The translations under genes and the position numbers were made by a program. A DNA stretch of 64,000 bases from Vicugna vicugna (Eukaryota), in NCBI GenBank assembly GCA_013265495.1, contig MU058153.1:746001-810000 (forward strand), written 5' to 3'. Below the pieces are notes generated by a model. It worked only from the letters and a program-made list of their open reading frames with translations. It was not told the DNA's origin and searched no databases. Below, one piece after another: positions 38,218 through 50,429 of this stretch; position 1 is the first letter of the stretch; every line of letters begins with the position of its first letter.

Positions 38218-38900
38218 AGGGTAACCCTACATTTAACATTTTAAGAAAGCGTCAAACTGTTTTCCAAAAAGGCTGTATCATTCCATATTTTCATCTGCAA
38301 ATATGAGGATTCCAGTTTCTCCACAACCTTGATATGTGATTTGCATATATTTTCTCACAGTCTCTGGCCTGTCTTTTCACTTTCTTGATATCTTTTGAAG
38401 TGCAGAAGTTACTAATTTTGATGACATCTGATTTGTCAACTTTTTCTTACGTTGCTTATGCTCTTGGTGTCATACCTAAGAAATCTTTGCCTAACCCAAA
38501 GATACAAAGATCTGCTCCAATGATTTAAGAGTTTTAGAGTTTCAGCAGTTACAATTACCTCTATGATTCATTTTGACTTAATGTTTGTATATAGTTTGAT
38601 ATAAAGGCCTCAATTCATCTTGTGAATGTGGGTATCCAGTTGAACCAACATGACTTGTGATAATAACTATTCTCTCCCCATTAAATTGCTTTAGCATCTT
38701 TCTCAAATATCAGTTGACCATAAATGTGAAGGTTAATTTCTGAACTCTTAATTCTTTGCCAATGATTTATGCCTATCCTTATGCAAGTACCACACTGTCT
38801 TGATTATCAAAGCTTTGTAGTAAGTTTTGAAACCAGAAAGTGCAGATGCTCCAATTTTGTTCTTTCTTTCTTTTTTTTTTAAGATTATTTTGACCATTCT
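38218..38900 (-). mobile_element. Old L1M ORF2 3' region fragment with internal deletions
   Basis: 'caaactgttttccaaa..ggctgta', 'ctaagaaatctttgcctaacccaa', 'ccagttgaaccaaca', 'gtaccacactgtcttgatta...tttgtagtaagttttgaa'. Confidence 0.85.
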
Positions 38901-39060
38901 TTTATGTTGTTTTAAGGAACATTGTTGTATTCCTCAGACAAGGGAAAACCATTATTTATATAGCTTATCCTCTCTATCAGACTGTAAGCTTCTTTAGGGA
39001 AGGAAGTTTGTCTTACTCTTTGCTGTCTCCATGGCATCTGGAACATTGTACAGCCTCCAG

Positions 39061-39811
39061 AGATGCTTGCTGAAGCCATAATACTTACATTATGCGAGAT
39101 GATATTATGATTACTCAGGGTAATTGTTTCATATGTGCTGATGAGGTTTGTAAGGCTGCGTTAGAAAGAGCAGTGGATTGGGAAGTGGAGACCCTGATTC
39201 CAGTCCCTGATCCATGACGGACTGGTATTTGACCTTGAGAAAGTGAGGAGCTGCTCTGAGTCACAATTTCCGTATCTGTGAAGAAGAGGTTAGTGCTGTT
39301 TTCTAGGATACCTTCTGGATCTAACAATTTTTGTTAGTGTAAGATATCTTTACCAGTCTTAGGGAAAAAATACTTCACTAACCAATTGCTGTGGGACAGA
39401 TAGTGTAATAAAAGGATGAAAAGAAGTGTAAGGGAAAGATGCTTGCTGAAGCCATAATACTTACATTATGTGAGATGATATTATGATTACTCAGGGTAAT
39501 TGTTTCATATGTGCTGATGAGATTTGTAAGACTGCGTTAGAAAGAGCAGTGGACTGGGAAGTGGAAACCCTGATTCCAGTCCCTGATCCATGACAGACTG
39601 GTATTTGACCTTGAGAAAGTGAGGAGCTGCTCTGAGTCACTATTTCCGTATCTGTGAAGAAGAGGTTAGTGCTGTTTTCTAGGATACCTTCTGGATCTAA
39701 GAATTTTTGTTAGTGTAAGATATCTTTACCAGTCTTAGGGAAAAAATACTTCACTAACCAATTGCTGTGGGACAGATAGTGTAATAAAAGGATGAAAAGA
39801 AGTGTAAGGGA
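39061..39811. repeat. Tandem duplication, period 376 bp (39061-39435 and 39437-39811); each unit carries a MIR fragment
   Basis: Manual comparison gives 8 substitutions and no indels in 375 bp. Confidence 0.98.
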
Positions 39812-41823
39812 TGAGTTGTGTTCTTAAGGAACTTGTAATCAAGATCAGGCTGTAGGACATACATATTTAAAATAATGCTTTACTTTCAACTTTATAAACA
39901 TTGTTATTATAGAACATTGTGTCTTGTCTTCTTTTATGCCTTACCTTTGATACGGACTGCTTCCTTCTACATTGACATTCAGGTAGGGAATGTCATTCTG
40001 CAGAATTCCAGTTATAACTGGCAAGTCATCGGCATCTTCATTTCAATACATTTTGAGTTTTCTGATTACTCAAGCTTTGTGGATCAAGTGTAGGAATTTA
40101 GTCACATTAGCATTCTTTGTTCCTATGCTTTAACTTAAGTGACAGAACAATTATCTCACATGCCATAGTTGCGATCTGGGGAATGAGCACCGGGTTGTTG
40201 AAATCCGATGAGCGCATTTCCTCTGCCCTTTGATCAGAAGCATTACGTGCAATCTAAAAATGTTAGAGGAAGAGAGAAATGGGATGAATAACCCAAATAT
40301 AGTAGCTTATTTCAGAGATCATTTACTATTACGGCAACCAAAGCAACCGCTTCTCAAAAATCCCAAGTAGGCAGCTCAGCTTGCATGGTTTGCATTAGGA
40401 TTTTTCACTGAGTATACAAGTGGCATGTTCGCCACGAAGTCCTGTGGTTCGTTGGAGAGAGTCTGTTTCCGTAAGACTGTGTACATGACATCAGAAATGA
40501 ATTACTTTTTAATGAATTTTGAAAAAACAAACCTCAGTGGGAGTGATTTAATTTTTCTTCTTTCCAAAAAGCCATTCTTCTGTGGACATTCAGCCACAAG
40601 GCAAGAGTACTGGAGAGTGTAATTGACTAGAAACACACATTACAGCAGTGAATCTGTCTGTATTACCCATAAAGGATAATGTGCAATAAATAAATGAGTA
40701 AACATTCCATATTCAAACCTCTTCAGAATCACCCTTAATGACAGTAATGAATGTTTCTTCTTTCTGTAAGGGAGAGAGTGCAGAGTAAGACCCAAATTAC
40801 CTTTTCAGAGAAGTTTGGTATGTTTAATTCAATTTATAGGTTTCGCCCTGAGGGTTTCACACCACTACCAGGCCTTTTATTAAATTTATTTTCTAAGGTC
40901 ACTAGGGTACAAGCGAAAATTCACAGTCCATTTTATTTGAGACTCACAGAAGCTTATTGGATGTAAATATCTGGTACTGAAATGTTTATTCCCAGGATGT
41001 TCAATCCTAGAGCTTTAGGAATGGAGTTCAGTACCTTCTGAACAAGTTAATAATTTTCCAGAAACCGAGTCACCTGAGCAGTGCTTTTATGTTATAGGCT
41101 AATGAATCTTTTTATCCATAAAAAGAGCCATCAGAGACTTCCAGACTACAGTGACTTTAAAATTGAATAAAACTGAAGGGATCTGGGATATCTGACCAAT
41201 GGAAGACTTGAGAGAGTCGGGAATGTTACTGGTACATGCAGAGTGACAAAGGCGATTTTCTTTGGAACTCCTGAGGACGCAATTTATAACATGAAATCCC
41301 TTCACTGCGGTGACCGCCACATGCCCGTCCTCCCAGAGCGGAGACATGGTGTTTGAGGGAAGGGAGTGCAGGGGAGAAGCAGCCCACGTGGGTGTGCAGA
41401 CAGCCTCTGAACCAAGACTGACTTCCTTTAGCTTCCTCTCCAATTCCAGAGTCTGCTCTGCTCTCAGGAATGTTGGGAAAGCCTACAGCTCCAATGGCTT
41501 ATCACAGGGAGGAGTATTTAAATCAGTGGAGTTTACTGTGGCACGGACACAGGGAAGCGCTGAGGGATAGGGCCAGGTTAGAGACGTACAAAGCACCACA
41601 AGGATGGAAGAGTAGGAGGGCTCAGACTTCCGCTGGCCACTGCTGTAAACAGGGATGTCAGGCAGGGTCACGCCTGGTTCATGCGGTGTCTTGGTGTGAT
41701 TTAGGAAATGAGCCCTTTATTCAAGACCTACATTTTGGAAAACTGTTGAAGTAAGATGGTTTGTGGCCAATTGTAGGAAAAGTATCATAATAAATATATA
41801 AACCCCTGATGTCTAAGAACTAA

Positions 41824-42343
41824 ATTAGTAGATACAAATTACTATATATGCTTTATTTTTTTTTGCCAAAGTATAGTCCGTTTACAATGTGTAAATCTCT
41901 TGTGTACAGCATAATGTTTCAGTCATACATATACATACATACATTTGTTTTCATAATTTTTTCCATTATAAGTTACTACAAGATATTGAATATAGTCTCT
42001 GTGCTATAGAGAAGAAATATGTTTTTTATCTATTTTATATATAGTAGTTAATATTTGCAAATCTTGAACTCCCAGTTTATCCCTTCCCACCCTGTTTCCC
42101 CGCTGGTAACCATAAGATTGTTTACTGTGTCTGTGAGTCTGTTATAAAACAGATAAACAACAAAGTCCTACGGTATAACACAGGGAACTATATCTGATAC
42201 CTTGTAATAACCTATAGTGAAAAAGAATATGTATATATATACATAAATATATTCAGCTATATATATATAGCTGAATTACTATGCTGTCCACCAGAAAGTA
42301 ACACAACATTATAAATCAACTATACTTCAGTTAAAAATAAAAG
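41824..42343 (+). mobile_element. Truncated L1 3' end split by an antisense L1 insertion
   Basis: 'attagtagatacaaattactatatat' resumes at 42144 as 'ataaaacagataaacaacaaagtcctacggtataacacagggaactatat', as in the intact copy at 23400-23480. Confidence 0.88.
41852..42143 (-). mobile_element. Truncated L1 3' end (same subfamily as 14233-14518), nested
   Basis: Poly-T then 'aagtatagtccgtttacaatgtgt...aatatttgcaaatcttgaactccc...tgtctgtgagtctgtt'. Confidence 0.92.
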
Positions 42344-43139
42344 TAAACTACATTCCTTTAAAGATTGGTAATATTGTTCCTGGTAATCTTTTAGAATAGA
42401 GTGGACAAATTATCTGAGGGGAGTTGGTTCCAAATATTTGACTAGGTGATGTTGGAGGTTCTGTGAGGTTGTCGCACCGGCTACGAGTGCTCTGGGGGAA
42501 CTTCAGGGTGTTGGTCACCTTTCTCAGTTTGGAATGGCGCTGGGAGCCCCTCGAGCCTCCCACAGCTGAGTACTGTTCCCACCATGGTGGTAGGACGGCC
42601 ACCCATAGCTAGTAGGTGCGTAATAATACTCTGGCAACTTTGCCGTCTAATCCGTCTTTAGGAATCCTTGGTGTATGTAAAAGGCGCATCAGGTTGACAC
42701 AAGCTGGCATCTGTGGGAGGGAACAGAGGTATTCAAAATGGAATCATATATTAGAGCTTGGACAAAGGTCTTCTAGAGTCCCCCAGCCCAGTTTCCCTTC
42801 CAGGGTACCATGTTATGCTTTTCCCAGGGGCCTTCAGGATTCTTGGGTATTTCTGATATGTCAAGTAGAGGGAGAAGCAGTCACGACCCAACTCCTGAAA
42901 CATGATGCATGAGTGTCTGGATCCCTCCATGCTTTCTGTGCCTTCAGGAATCTTCTGAGAAGGTCTTTCCAGTGGCTTGGCCACTTGAGAATCTGCTCTG
43001 TCTCTTAGGGAAAAACAGTGTGCCTCAGTGGGTAGGAACTTGGGGCTTGTCTTGGTTCGAAACCACTTACTCTTTCTTATCCATCCTCTTTTTATACCTT
43101 GAAAAGCACACAAGATCTTAGAATGAAACTGTCCTTAGA

Positions 43140-43400
43140 ATGGTAATCATGCTACATCAAATACACTCCTGCTGCAGCCAAGGTGATCTTCACACACACT
43201 AATTAGTCTACGTCATTCTTCTAGGTAAAATCTTTCAGTGGCTTCCCTTCGCACTTTGGATAGAGTCAGGATTCCTCACCACGGCTTGCAAAGCCCTGTC
43301 TGGGTGCTAAGGCCTTTCTCTAACACTCCTCCCCAGCACCCCCGGCCCCATTGCATTGACCATACATCCCAACAACCATACTAGACAGACACTCCCTCCA
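43140..43400 (+). mobile_element. L2 fragment
   Basis: 'ctgcagccaaggtgatctt...aaaatctttcagtggcttcccttcgcactttggatagagtc...ggcttgcaaagccctgt'. Confidence 0.7.
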
Positions 43401-44296
43401 GGCCTCGTTTCTCTCCTCTAACCTTTTTGTTTTCTTTTTTTTCTTTTTTTCTGTTATCTCTTTCTTCCTCCCTATCTCCTTTTTGGTTTCCCTTAAAAAA
43501 AAAAAATGTTGATTATAAACATGGTGAATCACTGACTCAATTGCCGCTGATGAAACGAATGATCTTGGAGAAAAGCATATAGTCTCAAAGATTACCCCCA
43601 GAATGCTGCTCATTTTTTTGTCCCCTCCATTGCTGCTGATTAAAGTCTGATTGATGACTTGTCTCCTGGCTTCTCTGATGGGGTTGATGGCTCTGAAGTG
43701 ATCTTTGTATCTGCTTCTGGATTACTCCGTACTTCTTTGTTGTGGGTGTACTTTTATTTTTTCCCTTTGAAACAAAAGGATAATATCAGAATTTAATGGC
43801 GATTGAATCGCATTATCATCCTTGACCTACCCGCCAGCTTGGGGTAATGAGGTAAAGGACCACAGAATGGGAAAGAATAATAATCATTTAATTTTTGAGA
43901 AAATATAAGTCTGCGCTTTGCATATTCATTCAAGCTAGTGTGCCCTGGATATATCATTTGGTCAATTAGAGCTAGAGTTGATTTGGGTGACCACTAGAAT
44001 AGTAATTCCATGAGGTCAATACGTTATTTATCTTTTTTGTCCCTGGTGTTTTACAGAGGGTGTTGTACTTGGTAGGCTCTGTTAAATTGTGAGTAAGCAA
44101 CCTCATACATAGTGAGGAACAATGTAGCTATGGAGGGAGTTAACATATGTGTTTGGGTTTTAGGAGTGAAAATCAATTATTGTCCTCTCTTCACACTGAA
44201 GTCTGAAATAATTGAAAAATCAGACACAGGAGTCAGATGGGTAGAAAATTAACTATCAGGTTCAACACTAATAAAGTTGATTCTGAGAGCATTTCT

Positions 44297-44325
44297 CTTC
44301 TTTTCTTTCTTTCTTTGTTTCTGTC

Positions 44326-44367
<42 letters not shown>

Positions 44368-44448
44368 GTGGAGGTACTGGGGATTGAACCCAGGACCTCA
44401 TACATGCTGGGCACACATTCTACCTCTGAGCTATACCCTACCCCTCTG
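44297..44448 (-). mobile_element. Camelid Vic-1-type tRNA-derived SINE with (CA)n and A-rich tail
   Basis: Minus strand 'ggggtagggtatagctcagaggtagaatgtgtgcccagcatgtatgaggtcctgggttcaatccccagtacctcca' with pol III A and B boxes; TSD-like ctgagagcatttct (44283-44296) and ctgagaatatttct (44449-44462). Confidence 0.9.
44327..44365. repeat. (TG)n microsatellite in the SINE tail
   Basis: Read directly. Confidence 0.97.
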
Positions 44449-45014
44449 CTGAGAATATTTCTTGACCTCCCAATATAAATCCCACACCCCTGAACTAAAA
44501 AGACATAAATAGTGTGTCACAGATATGACTACATCTTTTTTCTTTCCCTTCCAAGCCAACTCCCACCTCTACTCCAGGCCTGGGGACAGACTCTGCTTCT
44601 GTAGGAGAGAAAATATTAAACAAACTTCTGAGATGAAAGCAGGTCCACATAAATGAAACCTTAGTGTCTGAGCGACAGGGGCCGTGTTCCTTTTCCCTAT
44701 CTGTTTATCAGGGGAGTCATTCCTCCTCTCACAGCGAAGAGTTCAGGTGAAAGAAACCTTGTGTGTTCCTTTCCATCTATGAAATTCTTTCTTCTTTATG
44801 AAAACACAGGGAGTGCTCACATTTTGCTCTTCAAAATTGGGATGAAAAGGAAATCTGTAATTCCTTAATGGACTTACAGGTGTATATCAGAGAAAGGTCA
44901 AAGTTTTATGTTAAGGCTATGAAATTCATCCTTTAAGCTTTGAATGAGTTAGAAGAAAACAGGAGCCAACTGTCATGATCTCTATGATTATTTTTGACCT
45001 ATTTTAATAAAATT

Positions 45015-45600
45015 ATTTATTCAATAAATTTTTAAATGTCTACATTACTAGTTGCCATTTTAGGTAAGAGGGATGGACCTTTGAACAAGAGAGAGGAACA
45101 TCTTGATCTTGTACAAACCTTATATTTCAATGCAGAAAACAGACAATAAAGATAAAAGGAGAAAAAAATACCTAATATAAACTAAATAATGAGAACTACA
45201 TTAAGTGCTATGAAGAAACATGAATTAGGATAAGAAGTTAAGGAATGGTGAGAAGTAGGTAGCTATTTACATGAGGTCATTGGAGAAGGATTCTTTGATT
45301 TTGGAATGAATAATAGGAGGTTCTTTTGAATTAGGAAGAGAGTAAGGTCTGGTACCTTGGATTTTAAAACAAAACAAAAGAAAACAAAAAGCAAATTTTT
45401 TTTTTATGAAAGTAGTGGAAAACCACTAAAGGTTTAGGACATATGAGTAAAATGATCAAATATATTTTTAAAAAGATCTCACTGGATGCCTGCAGTAAAG
45501 TGACCATAACAGTGCTAGAATGGAAGCAGCAAGACTCTGTTAAAAGAATTATCTAGGGGGTAATAAGGAGACAATAATAAAGATGCACTTGTGGATGGTG
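45015..45600 (-). mobile_element. L2 LINE fragment
   Basis: 'tttattcaataaatttttaaatgtctac...taagtgctatgaagaaa...aaaagatctcactggatgc'. Confidence 0.7.
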
Positions 45601-47077
45601 TCATCATAGGATATGCTATTCAAAGGACCTGGTGTTTTTAGGAGGGCACATAGAGAAATCGTCTAAAAGCAGCAATAAAGAGCAAGTGGTACAGTGTTCC
45701 ACCTCCAAGTATTTAAGCTAAAAGGAAAAGGGGAAAAAAAAACGAAGAAGAAAGAAGGAAAGAAAGAGCATGCCCAAAGATACTAAGAATTCAAGGCAAT
45801 TGATCATCAAATGGTTTATGTGCTCCCACCATAAACATGATGACATTTTGACTGGCTCAGAAGTTATTGCTACAAGTTGGACTCATTCTCCAAAGTAATA
45901 AAAAGAAAATTACCTTTTAGAGTTATATTTAGGCATATATCCTGCTGATGAGGAAAAAACAAAACAGTGTAGGTATTATATCTGTCTCTGGCTACCTGTA
46001 TGAGTTTTGGATACACCTCTTAATCATCCTGTCTTTCCTGTGAAAGACGGATGGGAGAATGATTGAAGAACAGAGACGTATAGAGTTTGATTGAAGATGA
46101 AGCAGTTTTGCAGGGCTGATTTTGTACTCCAGAGGCACTTGGATAAATAAGTGACAATCACTGTTATCAACAGATTACCCCTATGGATATGTGCGCATGT
46201 CACAGTAACAATACCTTTACCAATCACTTTTAGTCAGACACTTACTATGTTCTGGAAACTGATGAAATACTTTCCATACATTAGTACATCTCAGGTGCAT
46301 CAAAAAATTTCACAGTGAACTCTGGCCACACTGCTACACTGTTACTTATCGCTCTGCTCCAGAATTAAAAGAACATCTTCGAAGTTATTTTCATGCTGAT
46401 ACAAAATGTACTTCATTGTTACAAGCACGTGGCATGAGGCGTCTCAGTAAGCATCATTCTGATGCTGTGCCCTGATCCCCTGCTTTACTAGTTATAGGTC
46501 TGGCTGTCAGCATGTTCCATAATTTTGTAGTTAGAATAAGCAGCAGGACATTAGACTGAGTTGCATAAAAATCAACACCGGACAGTCCACTTGGTTATGT
46601 ACCTGAGGGAGTCACTCAACACTGGCAGAATGAATGGATCAGAGGCAGCTTCATTGCTTTCTTCCATCCTCCTGCTGTTATCCCCCAGTGAATCTCAGAG
46701 TGCAGTGGCTTTAGAGAACACCCAAGAGTAATCTCCCTGGATTCAGAGAGGCCATACTACTACTCTTGAAGAAATCAGCCCAGATGAGATGTATATAGAT
46801 CACTGACTCTATAAATATTTGTTGAGTGCCATTTTCAGCCCTGTCAATGTGTAATAGTGATAGAGTGTCCCTGGCACAGAGCACTGGCTAGGCACTGTGA
46901 GGGATTCAAGGGAAAAAATAACAGTAACCTAGGGTAGAAAGTTCACTCTCTCATGCTTCTTCTGGGGCTCATTCTTGAATACCTCATATGACTAGGATAG
47001 CAGAGAACAGTGAGTGAGCTTAAATATATATATATGTATATATAATATATATATAATGAAAGATCCTTATCATAAAG

Positions 47078-47159
47078 TTAGGTTGAACTGTACGAAAATG
47101 ACAACCTTCACACATTTTTGATGTATAAAATGTGCAAATATTATTATGATTCAACCTAA
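47078..47159. mobile_element. MADE2-like mariner MITE (82 bp)
   Basis: Perfect 10-bp terminal inverted repeats ttaggttgaa / ttcaacctaa; interior 'catttttgatgtataaaa'. Confidence 0.8.
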
Positions 47160-47349
47160 TAATGCATTTTCATTGTAGAAAAAGAGAAAATACTTGAATG
47201 AACTGAAAATGGAGAAAATATTTAAAATCCTACCATGCAGATGCTTCTATTATAATTACGTTTGCATATTTCCTCCCAGTCTTTACTCTAAGCATTTAAT
47301 GCTGCTGTGGTAATACTTCATAGGCAGTGTTGTGTTCCATTCATTTATT

Positions 47350-47545
47350 GCTCCTTGGTTTCAAATTCTGGCTCACAGCTTTCTCGCTCTGAGAACTTGT
47401 GTACGTGACTAAGCTTATCTGTAAAATGAGGCTGAGGGAATCTGATGCATTGGATATTCACGGGACTTAAAAGAGTTAATTTCTGGAGAGTGTTTAGCAC
47501 ATGCCTGGTACCTGGTTAGTGTTCAAAACATGTTAACTATTAATA
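47350..47545 (+). mobile_element. MIR SINE inside an old L1ME-like minus-strand fragment (about 47165-47700)
   Basis: 'ttcaaattctggctc...atctgtaaaatgagg...gtgtttagcacatgcctggtacctggttagtgttcaaaacatgttaactatt'. Confidence 0.75.
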
Positions 47546-48200
47546 ATAAAATGGAACAAATATTTATTTTTTATTACAAGCTCTTAAAATCATATTTAAT
47601 GGCTGCATGATATAACGACTCATTATATGAACGCCTCTGTTTATTGTACTCTTACTGCAGGACATTTAGTTTTTTCCCCTAGGTTTTGCACAGGTAGAAC
47701 CCAAATTACACTTTCTCATTTATTGAGAATAACATGGTCTTGTGCATTGTCCATAAAAAAAAGATACAGCTTATAAGAATGTCCCTAAGGCATTCCACTC
47801 CTTTGTATTCCAAAAGAATGGGAAGAGTAAGAGTTTTAGAGTTAGAAATTTCTGGATTTAAATTCTGTCCGTCCTCCTCACTGGCTCAGGGTCATTAGGA
47901 CAGTTGTTAAGCCCTGTGAGCCACAAGCTACTTGCTCACTGTTTGGTGTTAGTAGTTAGCCCGTAGCCCATAGCCTTTATTATTAATGCCAGGGGGGGCA
48001 TTCTTAAGAAGCACAGTCTTCCATACAGTGTTTTCTGTTTCTCTGAATCGGTAGGACTAACCTGCACCTGCTGTCTATGTAGTAATACTATTGGTTCTCC
48101 TGATCTGGAAGGTTAACCAGTGCCACCTCAACTTTCACCAACACAGAAAGGAACTTCAGCAGCTCTGGGCACCCAAGATCTGTTCTTTCTTGTGCTGCAG

Positions 48201-48286
48201 TGTTAGTGGTTGACATGCTTACCACCAAATGGCAGGTGTCCAGGGTAGAGTGGCCGCAACGCTCAGTGGTAGAAAAGTTCACTTGG
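48201..48286 (+). other. Candidate 86-nt exon
   Basis: Acceptor 'tgttctttcttgtgctgcag|', donor 'TGG|gtaagt'; one fully open frame (phase 1 in, phase 0 out): xLVVDMLTTKWQVSRVEWPQRSVVEKFTW; unique sequence. Confidence 0.4.
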
Positions 48287-48379
48287 GTAAGTTTGCCCTG
48301 TGCCCTCTTAGTTATTGTTTGACAGGTATCAAGCGCATAGGTCTTTCTGAGGCTAAAATTATGTTTGTTTATCTAATTT

Positions 48380-48880
48380 AACAAAGCATTGAATGTTCAT
48401 TATAAATAAATTAGAAAGAGATAAGCAATAATAAAAAGCAACAAAACAGAACACGTAATTCCTCCCCTCACCCCAGAAATGAGCAGGTGATACATATGCA
48501 CTACACGGACAGCTCTTCTGCCAGGTGGGGTTCGTTTCTCTCTACCCCTCCTTTGCCCTCCCTGCCTGCCTCCCTCTTTCAGATATTGTGCAATACCCTT
48601 GATGTGTTAATCTGCCTTCTTATGTAACTCATATTATGCACATTCTTCTTAAACTAGATTCTTGACAATATATTGCAGACATCTTCCCAAGCCAGTTAAC
48701 TCAGGATTTATCAATTATCAATTAATTAGCCAATTAACTAAATGGTACTGCATACACTTGCAGCATCATTTTTAATGGCTAAATACTATTTCTTTTTTTT
48801 TAATGTAGCAGAAAAATTCCCATTATTGGACATCGAGCTTGTCCATGAAAACTTTTTCTTTGGGATATCAACACTCAATC
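48380..48880 (-). mobile_element. Old L1ME-like 3' UTR fragment
   Basis: 'acaatatattgcagacatcttccca...catcatttttaatggctaaatactatt...ttcccattattggacat'. Confidence 0.55.
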
Positions 48881-50429
48881 CTTATAATTAAATTTTGTTT
48901 TCAATCATCTTAATGGCACATGTTTTAAATACATAACATATTTGCACTACTAGCACAGTATTTATATTTTCAGGGATCATGTCTAAATGCATAATGTTTA
49001 TTGCATGATTATTATCAGTCAGGTTTCTAAAAATTAGAAGTATATAATTTCTTGCAATATTCCTTTTGACTTTGATGAAACATCTGTTGTTGTTTTAACA
49101 TAATTTTCAGTCAATTCAGATGGTGGATCAATAAGGCATTCGTAGTTTACAAGAAAAAGCTAAAAATCTATGACCCAAACATGGCAAGTCACATGTCAGG
49201 TGTACAACTGGGAATATTAGATGCTGTATTAAGAAAAAGGACCATTAAATCAACTGACTCTAAGCCAGGCTTCTTTGTAAAAATACACCAATATTTTTTA
49301 ATTATGATAAATTTAACAATCTGAACTGCACTTACGTTTGAATAGAAGATTGCTTGAGCAATGATCCTCTGAAAACTGGCCTTTACATTACCTGGGATTA
49401 ATGGTCAGTTCCTCGGTTAATGTCCTGAATTTTCTGGACCAAAGAAAAAGTCATCTGTACTCTTATTCACCAGTCATTAACTGAAGTAATGATGGATCTT
49501 GTGAAATCATCATTGCTGTTATGCCAATAATCAGCACTTTTAAGTGCTATCTTGCTTGCTTTATTTTGCTTGATTGTTTACTTTAGGCTACTCATCAAGT
49601 GGCCATTTGGAAGAATTACTTGTTTTTAGCTCCATAATTATCAAATGTCATTTATTAGGACATAACCATACAAATACACATACTTAAATTCTTGTGTACA
49701 GAAAGTGAACAAGAAACTAGGTAAACTAGACTGACTGGCTCTGGGATGTTATTATTCTTTGTATGTGTGGATTCCAAAAATAGTTCTAAAACCTAACAGA
49801 AATATGGGGTTTTATGTCCAGCATATGGATACTTGAACAAGAGATGATTGTGTAACTACTTTCAAAGATGTGTGTGTGCGCGATGGCTTTTGCAGGGAGC
49901 CAGATTGCAAAAGATAGCTTGGGAATAACATGAATCCTTTAAATAGTTTTCTATTTTTTTTGTTATTTTAAATCCAAAAGAGATAAAAAAGAAGTTGGTT
50001 TCTTAACTAGACTCTTCTGCTAATCAAGTCCTCAAACAAAGGTTCAGTAGTGTTGGAAACAGTCTCCATTTTATGAATAGTCTTTTTCAGGATTTAACTT
50101 TAGTGACAGTGCAGTTTTTTCTTTCTATCTCATTTTCCTCTCTGACCTATTTAAATTATTACTTGTTTAGAATTTGGGCAAAAAATAAGGAAGAAATGAC
50201 CAGTGCCCTCTTTGAAGTCAGTGTTTCATCATGGTTTTCCTTTTCTTTTCCTCCTCAAATGATCAGCTTGGTGATGGAGCGTGGTTCTTCAGCCAGATTC
50301 GAAATCTAATGCCTCAGCACCCTGTGAACTATTTTCACTTTCCCGAAGAGTCTACTTGGTGACTTGTTTATGTGGAAGCTGGTTTAAGTAACAGGTGTTG
50401 TCGGTGACTTTGGAACACAAACCACAATT

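Noticed and set aside
39061..39811. CRISPR-like or satellite array
   Set aside because: Only two long units with no spacers, in eukaryotic context; a simple tandem duplication
44366..44444. Functional tRNA gene
   Set aside because: Has A and B boxes but no proper acceptor stem, and carries a tail and TSD, so it is a SINE
48258..48290. tRNA or SINE fragment (gctcagtggtaga)
   Set aside because: A-box-like 13-mer only; no B box, tail or TSD
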